Assembly: GCA_964292695.1 (NCBI GenBank)
Contig: CAXYWB010000002.1
Location: 2,454 to 66,453, forward strand
From: an uncultured Paludibacteraceae bacterium
GTDB taxonomy: Bacteria; Bacteroidota; Bacteroidia; Bacteroidales; Paludibacteraceae
Direction: 5' to 3'
Length of the DNA: 64,000 bases
In this document: positions 37,349 to 46,472 of the stretch, piece by piece
How positions within the stretch are numbered: the stretch's first letter is position 1
Layout of the letters: each line of letters opens with the position of its first letter
Made by a program: the position numbers and the translations under genes
Notes under the pieces: generated by a model
Database searches by the model: none
What the model saw: the letters and a program-made list of their open reading frames with translations, nothing else
What the model was told of the DNA's origin: nothing

Positions 37349-38239
37349 CTAAAACCGCTTTTTCACCAATACATTCAGCCCCTCTGGCACTATTTTGATA
37401 TGAATTTCAGTTCCTTCGTCGTGCGGATCGCCATCGAGGTGAAAAGGTCCGGGTTTTTCGCGGTAAAGCGTAATTTCATCCGTCCGCAACGTCGAAACCA
37501 ATAGATCTTTTTCAATTGTTTTGGTGAAAAGCTGAAATGCCAACGTAGGAATTGCAATTACAGGCACCATACTTATCACCGAAATATCCAGCAATCCGTC
37601 CTGAACGCTGGCATTAGGAGCAATGTAGGCATTATAACCCCACTGCGATGCATTAGCAAATGTAATCACAAAAGCTTCTCCATCCAGGTCAATTCCCTTA
37701 CCCGTCATCCGGTAATGCTGAGGCTCATAATTGAGGTATCCTTTTACCATTTTCTCCAGATAACCCATCATACCCCGTGTTGTACCTCTTGAAAACAGCT
37801 CGCTCACATACGCATCAAAACCGGTACCACACGTACAGAAAAAAGGTTTTTCGTCGTTCACCAAGCCGTAATCCATCCTTATGACTTCAGAAAAATTGAG
37901 CTGTTCTATTGCTTTAGCCATGTTCGACGGTATTTTCAGATGCCTGGCCAGGCCGTTGCCGGAACCTGTAGAAATGACTCCCAAAGCCGTTGGAGTATTT
38001 ACCAGCGCTTTTGCCACTTCATTCACCGTTCCGTCGCCTCCTACTGCCACTACTACATCCAGCCCTTCTGCCGCAAAACTTGAAGCCAGTTCGGTTCCGT
38101 GACCTTTGTAAGCGGTGTATATTATCCTGCAGTCTGCAAATTGCTCTTTATCAATAATCTGCTGGATGGACTCTGATATGTTCGCTTTGGATGAAGTACC
38201 CGAAACCGGATTAATAATAAATGCAATATTTTTTTTCAT
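37349..38239 (-). CDS. diacylglycerol/lipid kinase family protein (YegS/BmrU-like)
   Basis: IINPVSG and VVAVGGDGTVNEV motifs in a 296-aa ORF. Confidence 0.85.
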   Translation of the reverse strand: MKKNIAFIINPVSGTSSKANISESIQQIIDKEQFADCRIIYTAYKGHGTELASSFAAEGLDVVVAVGGDGTVNEVAKALVNTPTALGVISTGSGNGLARHLKIPSNMAKAIEQLNFSEVIRMDYGLVNDEKPFFCTCGTGFDAYVSELFSRGTTRGMMGYLEKMVKGYLNYEPQHYRMTGKGIDLDGEAFVITFANASQWGYNAYIAPNASVQDGLLDISVISMVPVIAIPTLAFQLFTKTIEKDLLVSTLRTDEITLYREKPGPFHLDGDPHDEGTEIHIKIVPEGLNVLVKKRF

Positions 38240-38336
38240 ACAAGAGAAAAGTATATAATGCGAATGTACCGAATTTATTTAAAAAATTAAAGTTAAATTT
38301 TACACTGTTGAAACATTGAAAGCATACGGTTTGTTG

Positions 38337-38344
38337 TATATTTG
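38337..38344 (+). promoter_or_regulatory. -7 box TATATTTG
   Basis: It lies 21 nt upstream of the ATG at 38366 and overlaps the TTG start used by the track. Confidence 0.5.
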
Positions 38345-38365
38345 ACGATATTTATAATTCATCCT

Positions 38366-40504
38366 ATGAGAAAAAGAAGAAAAGAACAAGGAAGCACCCG
38401 TTTACGTAAAAATGACCTGCTGAAAAGCATTACTACCATTTTCACCGAAAATCCGCAAAAAACCTACAACTACAAACAAATTTCCAATCTGCTGGAAATT
38501 GAATCCGATACACAACGGACCTTTATCAACGAACTGATCTACCAGTTGCGCGATGAAGATATACTGACTGAAATTTCGCGCGGAAAATTCAAACTGAACT
38601 CCCGTGGAGGCTACATTACCGGCAAATTTGACCGTCAGGGAGTAAAATCATACCTGATTCCGGACGACGGCGGCGAACAGATATTCATCCCTGAACGTAA
38701 AATAGGCACCGCCATGCTCAACGATAAAGTGAAAGTATTCATGTACGCACACCGCAAGGGCAAAGAGCCTGAAGGTGAAGTGGTTGAAATTCTCCGGCGT
38801 GCGCAGGATACGTTTGTCGGCATACTCGAAGTTTCGGATAACTTTGCATTTCTAAATGTGCAAAGCAAAGTGCTCAATAGCGATATCCTGATTCCAAAAG
38901 CAAAACTGAAAGGCGGAAAAACCGGACAAAAAGCCCTTGTAAGAATCATTGAATGGAAACATACGATGAAAAGCCCTGTGGGTGAAGTTATTGATGTACT
39001 GGGAGACAAAGGTGACAACGATGCGGAAATGCACGCCATCTTAGCCGAATATGGTTTGCCTTACAAATATCCTGAAAATGTGGAAGCTGCAGCTGAAAAA
39101 ATAGAGGCCGGAATCACCCCGCAAGAAATTTCGAAACGACGTGATATGCGCTCTGTAACCACATTCACCATCGACCCGCGCGATGCAAAAGACTTTGATG
39201 ATGCACTTTCAATCCGGAAACTCGACAATGGACTTTGGGAAGTGGGTGTACACATAGCCGACGTAACACATTACGTTCGTCCCGGTACGATTATCGACAA
39301 AGAAGGGCAGGAACGTGCCACTTCGGTTTATCTGGTTGATCGCACAGTACCCATGCTTCCGGAGTATCTCTCCAATGGCATCTGCTCTCTTCGTCCCGAT
39401 GAAGACAAACTGACTTATTCGGTCATTTTCCAACTGAACGAGCGGGCCGAAATAAAATCGTATGAAATAGCCAAAACTGTAACACGAAGCAATCGCCGCT
39501 TCACGTACGAAGAAGCTCAATCGGTGATTGAAACCGGCGAAGGAGATTACAAAGAGGAAATACTGACACTGAATGAACTGGCCAAAAAATTACGTGAAAA
39601 ACGTTTCCAATCAGGTGCCATTGCTTTTGATCGTGAAGAAGTTCGTTTTGAAATAGATGAAAAAGGGAAACCCCTGAGTGTGTATTTCAAGGTTCAGAAA
39701 GACTCCAATAAATTAATTGAGGAATTCATGTTGCTGGCCAACAAAACGGTAGCAACTCACATTGGGAAACCGGGTAAAGGTCAGAAAGTCCGAACATTTG
39801 TATACAGAATTCACGACACACCCAATCCTGAAAAACTGGAAAATTTTTCCGCTTTTATCAAAAAATTCGGCTATAATCTGAAATCGACCGGAAAAAAAAC
39901 GCAAATATCCTCGGCTATCAATTCGCTACTTGACGAAGTTTCGGGTAAAAAAGAGCAAAATCTGATTGAAACACTGGCTGTACGTTCCATGGCAAAAGCC
40001 ATCTATTCCACACAAAATATAGGTCATTACGGGCTTGCGTTTGATTATTACTCGCATTTCACTTCACCCATACGCCGATATCCGGATATAATGGCCCACC
40101 GGCTACTGGAACAGTATGACAAAGGTGGCAAAAGTGCAAACGAAAAGGAAACCGAAGAATTGTGCGAGCACTGCTCCAACCGCGAACAGCTTGCTGCTAA
40201 CGCCGAACGTGCTTCCATCAAATACAAACAGGTGGAGTTTATGGCTGAGCGGGTCGGGCAAACCTTCGATGGAGTCATTTCAGGCATTACCGAATGGGGT
40301 ATTTATGTAGAACTAATCGAAAATAAGTGCGAAGGAATGATTCCTATCCGTGATCTGGATGACGATTATTATGTAATGGACGAAAAAAATTACTGCCTGA
40401 TAGGACGACGCTTCCACAAAAAATATCAACTGGGCGACGAACTTACAGTAAAAGTAGCAAAAGCAAATCTGGACAAGAAACAGTTGGATTTCGTGCTGGC
40501 GTAA
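38366..40504 (+). CDS. rnr: ribonuclease R
   Basis: RNB domain motifs (TIDPRDAKDFDDALS, YLVDRTVPMLPE, HYGLAFDYYSHFTSPIRRYPD) are followed by a C-terminal S1 domain. Confidence 0.9.
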   Translation: MRKRRKEQGSTRLRKNDLLKSITTIFTENPQKTYNYKQISNLLEIESDTQRTFINELIYQLRDEDILTEISRGKFKLNSRGGYITGKFDRQGVKSYLIPDDGGEQIFIPERKIGTAMLNDKVKVFMYAHRKGKEPEGEVVEILRRAQDTFVGILEVSDNFAFLNVQSKVLNSDILIPKAKLKGGKTGQKALVRIIEWKHTMKSPVGEVIDVLGDKGDNDAEMHAILAEYGLPYKYPENVEAAAEKIEAGITPQEISKRRDMRSVTTFTIDPRDAKDFDDALSIRKLDNGLWEVGVHIADVTHYVRPGTIIDKEGQERATSVYLVDRTVPMLPEYLSNGICSLRPDEDKLTYSVIFQLNERAEIKSYEIAKTVTRSNRRFTYEEAQSVIETGEGDYKEEILTLNELAKKLREKRFQSGAIAFDREEVRFEIDEKGKPLSVYFKVQKDSNKLIEEFMLLANKTVATHIGKPGKGQKVRTFVYRIHDTPNPEKLENFSAFIKKFGYNLKSTGKKTQISSAINSLLDEVSGKKEQNLIETLAVRSMAKAIYSTQNIGHYGLAFDYYSHFTSPIRRYPDIMAHRLLEQYDKGGKSANEKETEELCEHCSNREQLAANAERASIKYKQVEFMAERVGQTFDGVISGITEWGIYVELIENKCEGMIPIRDLDDDYYVMDEKNYCLIGRRFHKKYQLGDELTVKVAKANLDKKQLDFVLA

Positions 40505-40546
40505 AGAAAAAGGAAGCCCCCCAAATCCCATTAAGGAATACTTCAC
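40504..40546 (+). repeat. post-stop C-rich box resembling the proC-prfB box
   Basis: AAGAAAAAGGAAGCCCCCCAAATCCCATTAAGGAATACTTCAC is collinear with 27127-27164, sharing AAGAAAA..GCCyCCC..CCAT..TTAAGGA. The alignment is by eye. Confidence 0.25.
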
Positions 40547-40615
40547 GTAGTTGCAGATTGGTTTTATTTAGAAAAATATTTCGTATAAATTATTTGAGAA
40601 ATCAAAATATTGCCT

Positions 40616-40623
40616 TATCTTTG
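40616..40623 (+). promoter_or_regulatory. -7 box TATCTTTG
   Basis: It lies 23 nt upstream of the tRNA-Arg 5' end. Confidence 0.55.
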
Positions 40624-40646
40624 CAGTCCGAAATAAGCCGGAAACC

Positions 40647-40723
40647 GGCCCCGTGGCTCAACTGAATAGAGTATCTGACTACGGATCAGAAGGTTACAGG
40701 TTTGAATCCTGTCGGGGTCACCA
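40647..40723 (+). tRNA. tRNA-Arg (anticodon ACG), CCA encoded
   Basis: Manual cloverleaf: acceptor GGCCCCG/CGGGGTC, D arm GCTC-AACTGAATA-GAGT, anticodon arm TCTGA-CTACGGA-TCAGA, T arm ACAGG-TTTGAAT-CCTGT, discriminator A, then CCA. Confidence 0.9.
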
Positions 40724-40730
40724 GAAAAAA

Positions 40731-40768
40731 AACCTAAACAGCTAAATAACAGCTGTTTAGGTTTTTGC
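40731..40768 (+). terminator. intrinsic terminator after tRNA-Arg
   Basis: AACCTAAACAGCT-7 nt-AGCTGTTTAGGTT forms a perfect 13-bp stem followed by TTTT. Confidence 0.8.
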
Positions 40769-40926
40769 TTTTTAGTATTTACATAAATTTTACACACATT
40801 TCTTTACAGTAATTCGGAGTCGCATTCTGTGAAAATGATCCAAAAAGATTAATCCAATATTGATTGAACTGAAATAATAGTATCATATTACACTTCAAAA
40901 TGACATGTTTTTCATTGTATAATGTC

Positions 40927-40934
40927 TATATTTG
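40927..40934 (+). promoter_or_regulatory. -7 box TATATTTG
   Basis: It lies 23 nt upstream of the ATG at 40958. Confidence 0.5.
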
Positions 40935-40957
40935 TGCAATCTTAAAATATTACTGTC

Positions 40958-41341
40958 ATGAAAACAGTCATTCTCACCTCTTGCAATAATTCTGTGGAAG
41001 CCACTCTGATTCAGGGTAATCTGGCCAACGAAGGAATTGAAAGTTTCCTTTCCAACGAGAACTACACATCGCTTTATCCGAATATGAACGGGGCAATGGG
41101 CAATGGAATTCAGGTTTTTGTGAATGAAAATGACGTGGAGAAGGCTTTACAAATTATCAAACCTGATGATAACAGTATTCATTGTTCAACATGCAATTCA
41201 ACAAACGTAACACAACAATCCGGTAAAAACATGCTGAAAGTGGTGGGGATAATGATTCTTAGCCTTTTCTCCTCTTCTGCCTTCGGCACTGCCAAAACAA
41301 AATACCACTGCAACAATTGTGGAAATGATTTTGAAAAATAA
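40958..41341 (+). CDS. DUF2007-like domain protein with a split CxxC...CxxC zinc-ribbon and one TM helix
   Basis: The N-terminus (ILTSCNNSVEATLIQGNLANEGIESFL) resembles DUF2007. HCSTCNS and HCNNCGN flank a hydrophobic segment. Confidence 0.5.
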   Translation: MKTVILTSCNNSVEATLIQGNLANEGIESFLSNENYTSLYPNMNGAMGNGIQVFVNENDVEKALQIIKPDDNSIHCSTCNSTNVTQQSGKNMLKVVGIMILSLFSSSAFGTAKTKYHCNNCGNDFEK

Positions 41342-41375
41342 AATCTCCTGATTCGGCACAGAACTTATCGAATGT

Positions 41376-41408
41376 AAAACGCTGAATATCTGATGATTTC
41401 AGCGTTTT
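41376..41408. terminator. bidirectional intrinsic terminator
   Basis: AAAACGCTGAA-11 nt-TTCAGCGTTTT forms an 11-bp stem between convergent genes. Confidence 0.75.
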
Positions 41409-41463
41409 ATTTTACATTTTGAGTTTTATCAATTGCAAAAAATCAGAACTATGTAATCTAAGT

Positions 41464-43167
41464 TTACATTCTGTATGTATCCAGATTCTCCGGATTGAAT
41501 TGTTTGATAAACGTAGCATTTTTGCGAACTTCCACTTCTGCATAATTCAGATACACTTCAGCAGATTTGCGGAACAAGTCTTTGTCATCGCGGCTGGCAT
41601 CCAGTATGAGCAAATAACACATAATGATATGTCCTGCCATTTCCACCAAACGGCGAGCCTGGAAATCCAGGTATTCCTGATTTTTCAATTCGTCAACCCT
41701 TGCCACGGCCGTTTCGAGCAGATTAGTCATACTCATCAGGCGTTTTCGGAGCGATTGGTATTCCGGTTTAACCGGCTTTTGTTCGTACTCCCTGATTTTT
41801 TTCAGATATGTACCTGTTGTGACGTGACGAATAGCTGCCACAACCTGCAATTGAGTTGTACCTTCATAAATAGTAAGGATTCGGGCATCCCGATAAATAC
41901 GCTCACAGGCGTAGTCTTTCATAAACCCTGAACCACCATGAATCTGAATACTGTCATAGGCATTCTGGTTGGCAAATTCACTGGCAAACATTTTGATAAC
42001 CGGTGTAAAAGCATCTGCCATACGCATATATTCCTTGTATTCTGTTTTTTCCTCTGGTGTCAGTTTGCGTTCCTGCTCTATTCCTTCGTACGCTTTATAT
42101 AAATCGACAAATCGGGTAGTTTCATAAAGCAAAGCCCGTGAAGCATCCAGTTTTGCCTTCATGACCGAAAGCATTTCGTACAATGCCGGAAATTCAATGA
42201 TTGCTTTACCGAATTGTTTACGGTCGTTGGCATAGCTCACTGCTTCCTGATAAGCAGCCTCCGATACTCCGACAGACTGTGCACCAACCCCTAAGCGTGC
42301 GCCATTCATCAACGACATGACATATTTGATCAGGCCCAAACGGCGGGTACCGATTAATTTTGCGGGTGTATTGGTAAATACAAGTTCACAGGTGGGTGAA
42401 CCTTTTATACCCAATTTATTTTCTATACGACGCACTTTGATGGTGTGGTCGAACCGATTATCGGCAACGAAATACGACAGTCCGCGGGCATCCTGTGTTC
42501 CTTCTTCGGAGCGGGCAAGCACGAGCTTAATCTGAGCATCCCCATTGGTAATGAAGCGTTTGACTCCGTTGAGATACCAAATCCCGTCCTTTTCGGTAGC
42601 TTTGAGCTGCACTGCCTGCAAGTCAGAACCTGCATCGGGCTCTGTGAGGTCCATGGAACAGGTTTCGCCTAACGTTACACGCGGCAAAAATTCAGCTTTA
42701 ACTTCCGCGTCGCCATATTCGCAAATGGTTTCGGCGCAGTCCTGTAGTCCCCAAATGTTGGCAAAACCCGCATCACCACGTGATACCAACTCGCCGCTCA
42801 TCACATAAGGTGTCATAGCAAAATTCAACCCTCCAAATTCACGAGGAAGAGACATGCCGTAAACACCTGCCTGAACAAGTGCATCCTGATTTTCCTGAGT
42901 GCCGCGGGCATACTTCACCCGGCTGCTAATTACCTGCGGCCCTTCTTTGTCCACACTTTCAGCATTTGCAGCTATAGTTTCGGCACTTATTTCGCCTATG
43001 ATTTCGAGCACTTTATCGTAATTGTCTATTGCGTCTTCAAAATCTTGTGGTGCAAAATCAAATTTATTTTTATCTGAAAAATTACGCTCACGAAGTGATA
43101 CAATTTTCTGCATCAACGGATGCGAAAGCTGAAATTTCAGCGCCGGATTTTCTGTATAAAAGTTCAT
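41464..43167 (-). CDS. acyl-CoA dehydrogenase (long, ~567 aa form)
   Basis: ACAD motifs (LTEPDAGSDL, GSPTCELVF, IHGGSGFMKDYACERIYRDARILTIYEGTTQLQ) plus a C-terminal extension. It sits immediately downstream of etfB-etfA on the same strand. Confidence 0.9.
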   Translation of the reverse strand: MNFYTENPALKFQLSHPLMQKIVSLRERNFSDKNKFDFAPQDFEDAIDNYDKVLEIIGEISAETIAANAESVDKEGPQVISSRVKYARGTQENQDALVQAGVYGMSLPREFGGLNFAMTPYVMSGELVSRGDAGFANIWGLQDCAETICEYGDAEVKAEFLPRVTLGETCSMDLTEPDAGSDLQAVQLKATEKDGIWYLNGVKRFITNGDAQIKLVLARSEEGTQDARGLSYFVADNRFDHTIKVRRIENKLGIKGSPTCELVFTNTPAKLIGTRRLGLIKYVMSLMNGARLGVGAQSVGVSEAAYQEAVSYANDRKQFGKAIIEFPALYEMLSVMKAKLDASRALLYETTRFVDLYKAYEGIEQERKLTPEEKTEYKEYMRMADAFTPVIKMFASEFANQNAYDSIQIHGGSGFMKDYACERIYRDARILTIYEGTTQLQVVAAIRHVTTGTYLKKIREYEQKPVKPEYQSLRKRLMSMTNLLETAVARVDELKNQEYLDFQARRLVEMAGHIIMCYLLILDASRDDKDLFRKSAEVYLNYAEVEVRKNATFIKQFNPENLDTYRM

Positions 43168-43175
43168 ATCTTTTT

Positions 43176-44195
43176 TTACTTACTGTTCTTCTTATAATAC
43201 TTAATCATTTTTGGAATAACTTCTTCAACGTTTCCGGTTATCACATAATCGGCAATTGCATTGATTGGTGCTGCCGGATCATTGTTGATGGCTATAATCA
43301 TCGAACTTTCCTGCATACCTGCAATGTGCTGAATCTGTCCGGAAATACCGCAGGCGATGTACAGTTTTGGACGAACCGTAACACCGGTTTGTCCAATTTG
43401 TCGTTCATGTTCAGCAAATCCTGCATCGACAGCTGCACGCGATGCACCAACTTCTCCACCCAGGGTATTTGCCAGTTCATACAAAAGTTTAAAATTCTCT
43501 TCGCTTCCCATACCGTATCCGCCCGCAACAATTATCGGAGCACCCTTGATGTTCAGCTTTGATTTTTCCATGTGGCGTTCAATCACTTCAATAACAAAAT
43601 CTTCATCGGAAACGTATTTGGGCACATCCAGTTTTTTAACCGCTCCTTTGTATTTCGGGTCACGAATCTCTTTTTTCATCACACCTTCACGAACAGTTGC
43701 CATTTGAGGTCGACAATCAGGGTTTACAATAGTTGCAACTATGTTTCCTCCAAATGCCGGACGAATCTGATACAGGAGATTTTCATACGTTTTTCCTGCT
43801 TTTTTATCCTCATATGTTCCAATTTCCAATGCAGTACAGTCGGCCGTAAGGCCGCTATACAGGGCAGACGAAACGCGGGGCCCCAGGTCACGTCCTACAG
43901 AAGTGGCACCCATAAAGGCAATTTGAGGTTTTTCTTCCTTGAAAAGATTAACCAGAACCGATGTGTGAGGCAGCGTGGTATAAGGTGACAGGCGTTTGTC
44001 ATCTGCAAGATAAAGCACATCAACTCCATATGGGAAAACCTGATCGCCGATTTTATCCAGTTGATAACCAATGGCTACAGCTTCCAGTTTGCAATTCAAT
44101 TCATCAGCCAGCGATCGTCCTTTGGTTAGCAGTTCCAGACTAACATCACCAACAAGTCCGTCTTCAATTTCAAGATATACTATTAAATTATTCAT
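43176..44195 (-). CDS. etfA: electron transfer flavoprotein subunit alpha
   Basis: C-terminal FAD-binding motif (GASRAAVDAG...QIGQTGVTVRPKLYIACGISGQIQHIAGM). Confidence 0.9.
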   Translation of the reverse strand: MNNLIVYLEIEDGLVGDVSLELLTKGRSLADELNCKLEAVAIGYQLDKIGDQVFPYGVDVLYLADDKRLSPYTTLPHTSVLVNLFKEEKPQIAFMGATSVGRDLGPRVSSALYSGLTADCTALEIGTYEDKKAGKTYENLLYQIRPAFGGNIVATIVNPDCRPQMATVREGVMKKEIRDPKYKGAVKKLDVPKYVSDEDFVIEVIERHMEKSKLNIKGAPIIVAGGYGMGSEENFKLLYELANTLGGEVGASRAAVDAGFAEHERQIGQTGVTVRPKLYIACGISGQIQHIAGMQESSMIIAINNDPAAPINAIADYVITGNVEEVIPKMIKYYKKNSK

Positions 44196-44198
44196 CTT

Positions 44199-45071
44199 TT
44201 ATCCTATAGTATGATTAACAATTAGTTCTTTCATCATTTCTTCAATTTCCACATCGTTTGAGGTGAGTTTTTTACTTTCTTTGGCAGTAAAAACCACGCT
44301 TTCTATAGCCTTCACTTTAGTTGGCGAACCACTCAAACCAAGCCACTTCGGATCGTGTTCTACATCGTTGGCTCCCCATTCAGTGATATTGAGATAGGAG
44401 TGATTGACGTAAAATTCGGTATAATCCGTACCGCTTTCCTGACGTTCGGACTGAGTTTTGGCATATTTATACTTCATCAGTCTTTTAGCATTCCGCGGAC
44501 GGCAGGGAGCTGCAGTACCATTCACGGTAACCACTATGGGCATCGAACCCCGAAGTATTTCCACACCCCGCTCCACCCTGCGTTTTACGGTAATCGTCTG
44601 TTCTGTAACTTCAAGTATTTCTTCAGCGTAGGTAATTTGGGGAAAGCCTAATTTTTCGGCCACCTGCGGACCTGTTTGTGCGGTGTCGCCGTCGATAGCT
44701 TGTCGTCCGCAAATGATCATGTCCACTTTTCCCATTCGGCGAATGGCACATGAAAGAGCGTAGGAAGTAGCCAGACTATCTGAACCGGCAAATTCGCGTC
44801 CGCTTAGCAGATAGCCTTTATCTGCACCGCGGTAAAGTCCTTCGCGTAAGATTTCGGCAGCGCGTACCGGGCCCATGGAAAGGAGGCTCACTGTAGTGCC
44901 GGGAAATTTGTCTTTGATTCGAAGTGCCTGCTCCAACGCATTGAGGTCTTCGGGGTTAAAAATGGCTGAAAGTGCGGCACGATTAACTGTACCATCGGCT
45001 TTCATCGCATCTTTACCCACATTGTGCGTATCGGGCACCTGTTTGGCAAGAACAATGATATTAAAACCCAT
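44199..45071 (-). CDS. etfB: electron transfer flavoprotein subunit beta
   Basis: MGFNIIVLAKQVPD..., ...DMIICGRQAIDGDTAQTGPQVAEKLGFPQITY. Confidence 0.9.
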   Translation of the reverse strand: MGFNIIVLAKQVPDTHNVGKDAMKADGTVNRAALSAIFNPEDLNALEQALRIKDKFPGTTVSLLSMGPVRAAEILREGLYRGADKGYLLSGREFAGSDSLATSYALSCAIRRMGKVDMIICGRQAIDGDTAQTGPQVAEKLGFPQITYAEEILEVTEQTITVKRRVERGVEILRGSMPIVVTVNGTAAPCRPRNAKRLMKYKYAKTQSERQESGTDYTEFYVNHSYLNITEWGANDVEHDPKWLGLSGSPTKVKAIESVVFTAKESKKLTSNDVEIEEMMKELIVNHTIG

Positions 45072-45139
45072 ATTTTTTTGTTTTAGTAAATAAATATATT
45101 TTTTGTCTGAAATGTATTGATTTTTAGTAAAAAGCAGGA

Positions 45140-45147
45140 CAAAATTA
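45140..45147 (-). promoter_or_regulatory. -7 box TAATTTTG (minus strand)
   Basis: The plus strand reads CAAAATTA, 69 nt upstream of the etfB start at 45071. Confidence 0.45.
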
Positions 45148-45286
45148 CTGATTTAAATTGAATTTCGAAAATTGAGTGTATTTTTAAGAAATCGGTAGAA
45201 TAATTCGTTAATTTATACCTTATTTCCCGGAAACGACTAATTTCGTTTATTATCGTATTTTTTGGGAGTTAACCTTTTAAAAATAT

Positions 45287-45315
45287 AAAAAGAGCTCTTT
45301 TGGGAAGCTCTTTTT
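45287..45315. terminator. orphan strong hairpin between two divergent promoters
   Basis: AAAAAGAGCT-9 nt-AGCTCTTTTT forms a perfect 10-bp stem with A and T runs on both sides. No annotated gene ends here. Confidence 0.4.
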
Positions 45316-45540
45316 ATTTAGGTATTAGTAAACGTTAAGGTGTAAAAAGATTGTGTTTGTTGTATTACGATGCAAAGTAAACACTTATTTCAACACTTAA
45401 CAAATTAAAAAATATGTTTTACAACCTATTTTTTGCGATTTTTAATGAATTTTGTCTTAAAAAATCGGATTTCTGTTTAATAATCGGTTTTTAATCATTT
45501 TTTGAGAAAACAGAAGAAGATAAATAGCATCACTATCTTA

Positions 45541-45548
45541 TATTTTTG
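45541..45548 (+). promoter_or_regulatory. -7 box TATTTTTG (possible second, upstream promoter)
   Basis: Exact TAnnTTTG match 101 nt upstream of the ATG at 45650. Confidence 0.3.
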
Positions 45549-45617
45549 TCTTTTTGTCAGCATTTAAAAGAGCTGGAAAATGAAATATGTTTCTTTGCGA
45601 ACTTCTGTTTTTTGAAA

Positions 45618-45625
45618 TACCTTTG
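45618..45625 (+). promoter_or_regulatory. -7 box TACCTTTG
   Basis: It lies 24 nt upstream of the ATG at 45650. Confidence 0.5.
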
Positions 45626-45649
45626 CACAATCTAAATATTTAGCAAAAT

Positions 45650-46369
45650 ATGACAACAAAGATAACTGTTTTTACATTCCTGTGCTTTACAACAGCTGCA
45701 GCAGCTCAAAATTTTCAATTGCATTATGATGCTGGGAAAGGTCGAAATTATGTTACTACTACTTTTGAAATGTTTGAGCCGGACAAGTGGGGAAATACAT
45801 TTATTTTTGTAGATTTCGACTACAATATGGAAAAACAAAAGCATCCGGCACTGGCATACACTGAGATAGCCCGTTGCTTTAAACTTGGGCAAAGTCCCTT
45901 CAGTGCTCAGCTCGAATACAACGGAGGTTTGTTTGCTATCCCCGGTGAAGGAGGATATTCGGTTCTGGCCATAAATAATGCATATTTAGGTGGACTGGAT
46001 TATGGCTGGCACAGTGCCGACTTCACTAAATTTTTCAATTTCAAAGCATTATTTAAGCACATTTCAGGTAAAAACACGACATCATTCCAACTAACAGGTG
46101 TGTGGAGTCTTGATTTTTTCGACAAAAAAGTATCGTTGAATGGTTTTGCTGATTTTTGGCGTGAGGATAACATCAATTATTCCAAACCAAACGGTGAAAG
46201 TCTGGCTTCACCATCTGAAACCCGATTTGTTTTTCTGTCCGAACCACAAATCTGGTATAACATCTCACCGCACCTTTCAGCCGGTTCGGAAGTTGAAATA
46301 GCAACCAATTTCGGTTCAATAGAAGGATTAGTCATATCTCCCACTGTTGGAGTGAAATGGACATTTTGA
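45650..46369 (+). CDS. outer-membrane beta-barrel protein (DUF5020 / Tsx-like nucleoside channel family)
   Basis: The signal peptide is followed by AQNFQLHYDAGKGRNYVTTTFEMFEPDKWGNTFIFVDFDY, and the sequence shows an alternating beta pattern ending in KWTF. Confidence 0.55.
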   Translation: MTTKITVFTFLCFTTAAAAQNFQLHYDAGKGRNYVTTTFEMFEPDKWGNTFIFVDFDYNMEKQKHPALAYTEIARCFKLGQSPFSAQLEYNGGLFAIPGEGGYSVLAINNAYLGGLDYGWHSADFTKFFNFKALFKHISGKNTTSFQLTGVWSLDFFDKKVSLNGFADFWREDNINYSKPNGESLASPSETRFVFLSEPQIWYNISPHLSAGSEVEIATNFGSIEGLVISPTVGVKWTF

Positions 46370-46438
46370 AAAAAACGGCTTCGATACATGGATAAATATC
46401 CCTACATCTTATTCGGGTATTTTTTTTAGAAAAAGTAG

Positions 46439-46446
46439 TATCTTTG
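46439..46446 (+). promoter_or_regulatory. -7 box TATCTTTG
   Basis: It lies 26 nt upstream of the GTG at 46473 (the ATG is at 46482). Confidence 0.5.
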
Positions 46447-46472
46447 TTTCCAATAGATTTCATTCTTAAATA

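Noticed and set aside
37241-37350. An 11-bp inverted repeat (AGTTACTTCGT / ACGAAGTAACT) brackets the whole 110-bp spacer between two convergent genes, with internal TATTCGTTTTTT repeats. Could this be a MITE?
   Set aside because: An 11-bp inverted repeat within about 100 nt is expected roughly once per 64 kb by chance, and more often at this AT content. The internal repeats are low-complexity T-runs, and there is no target-site duplication.
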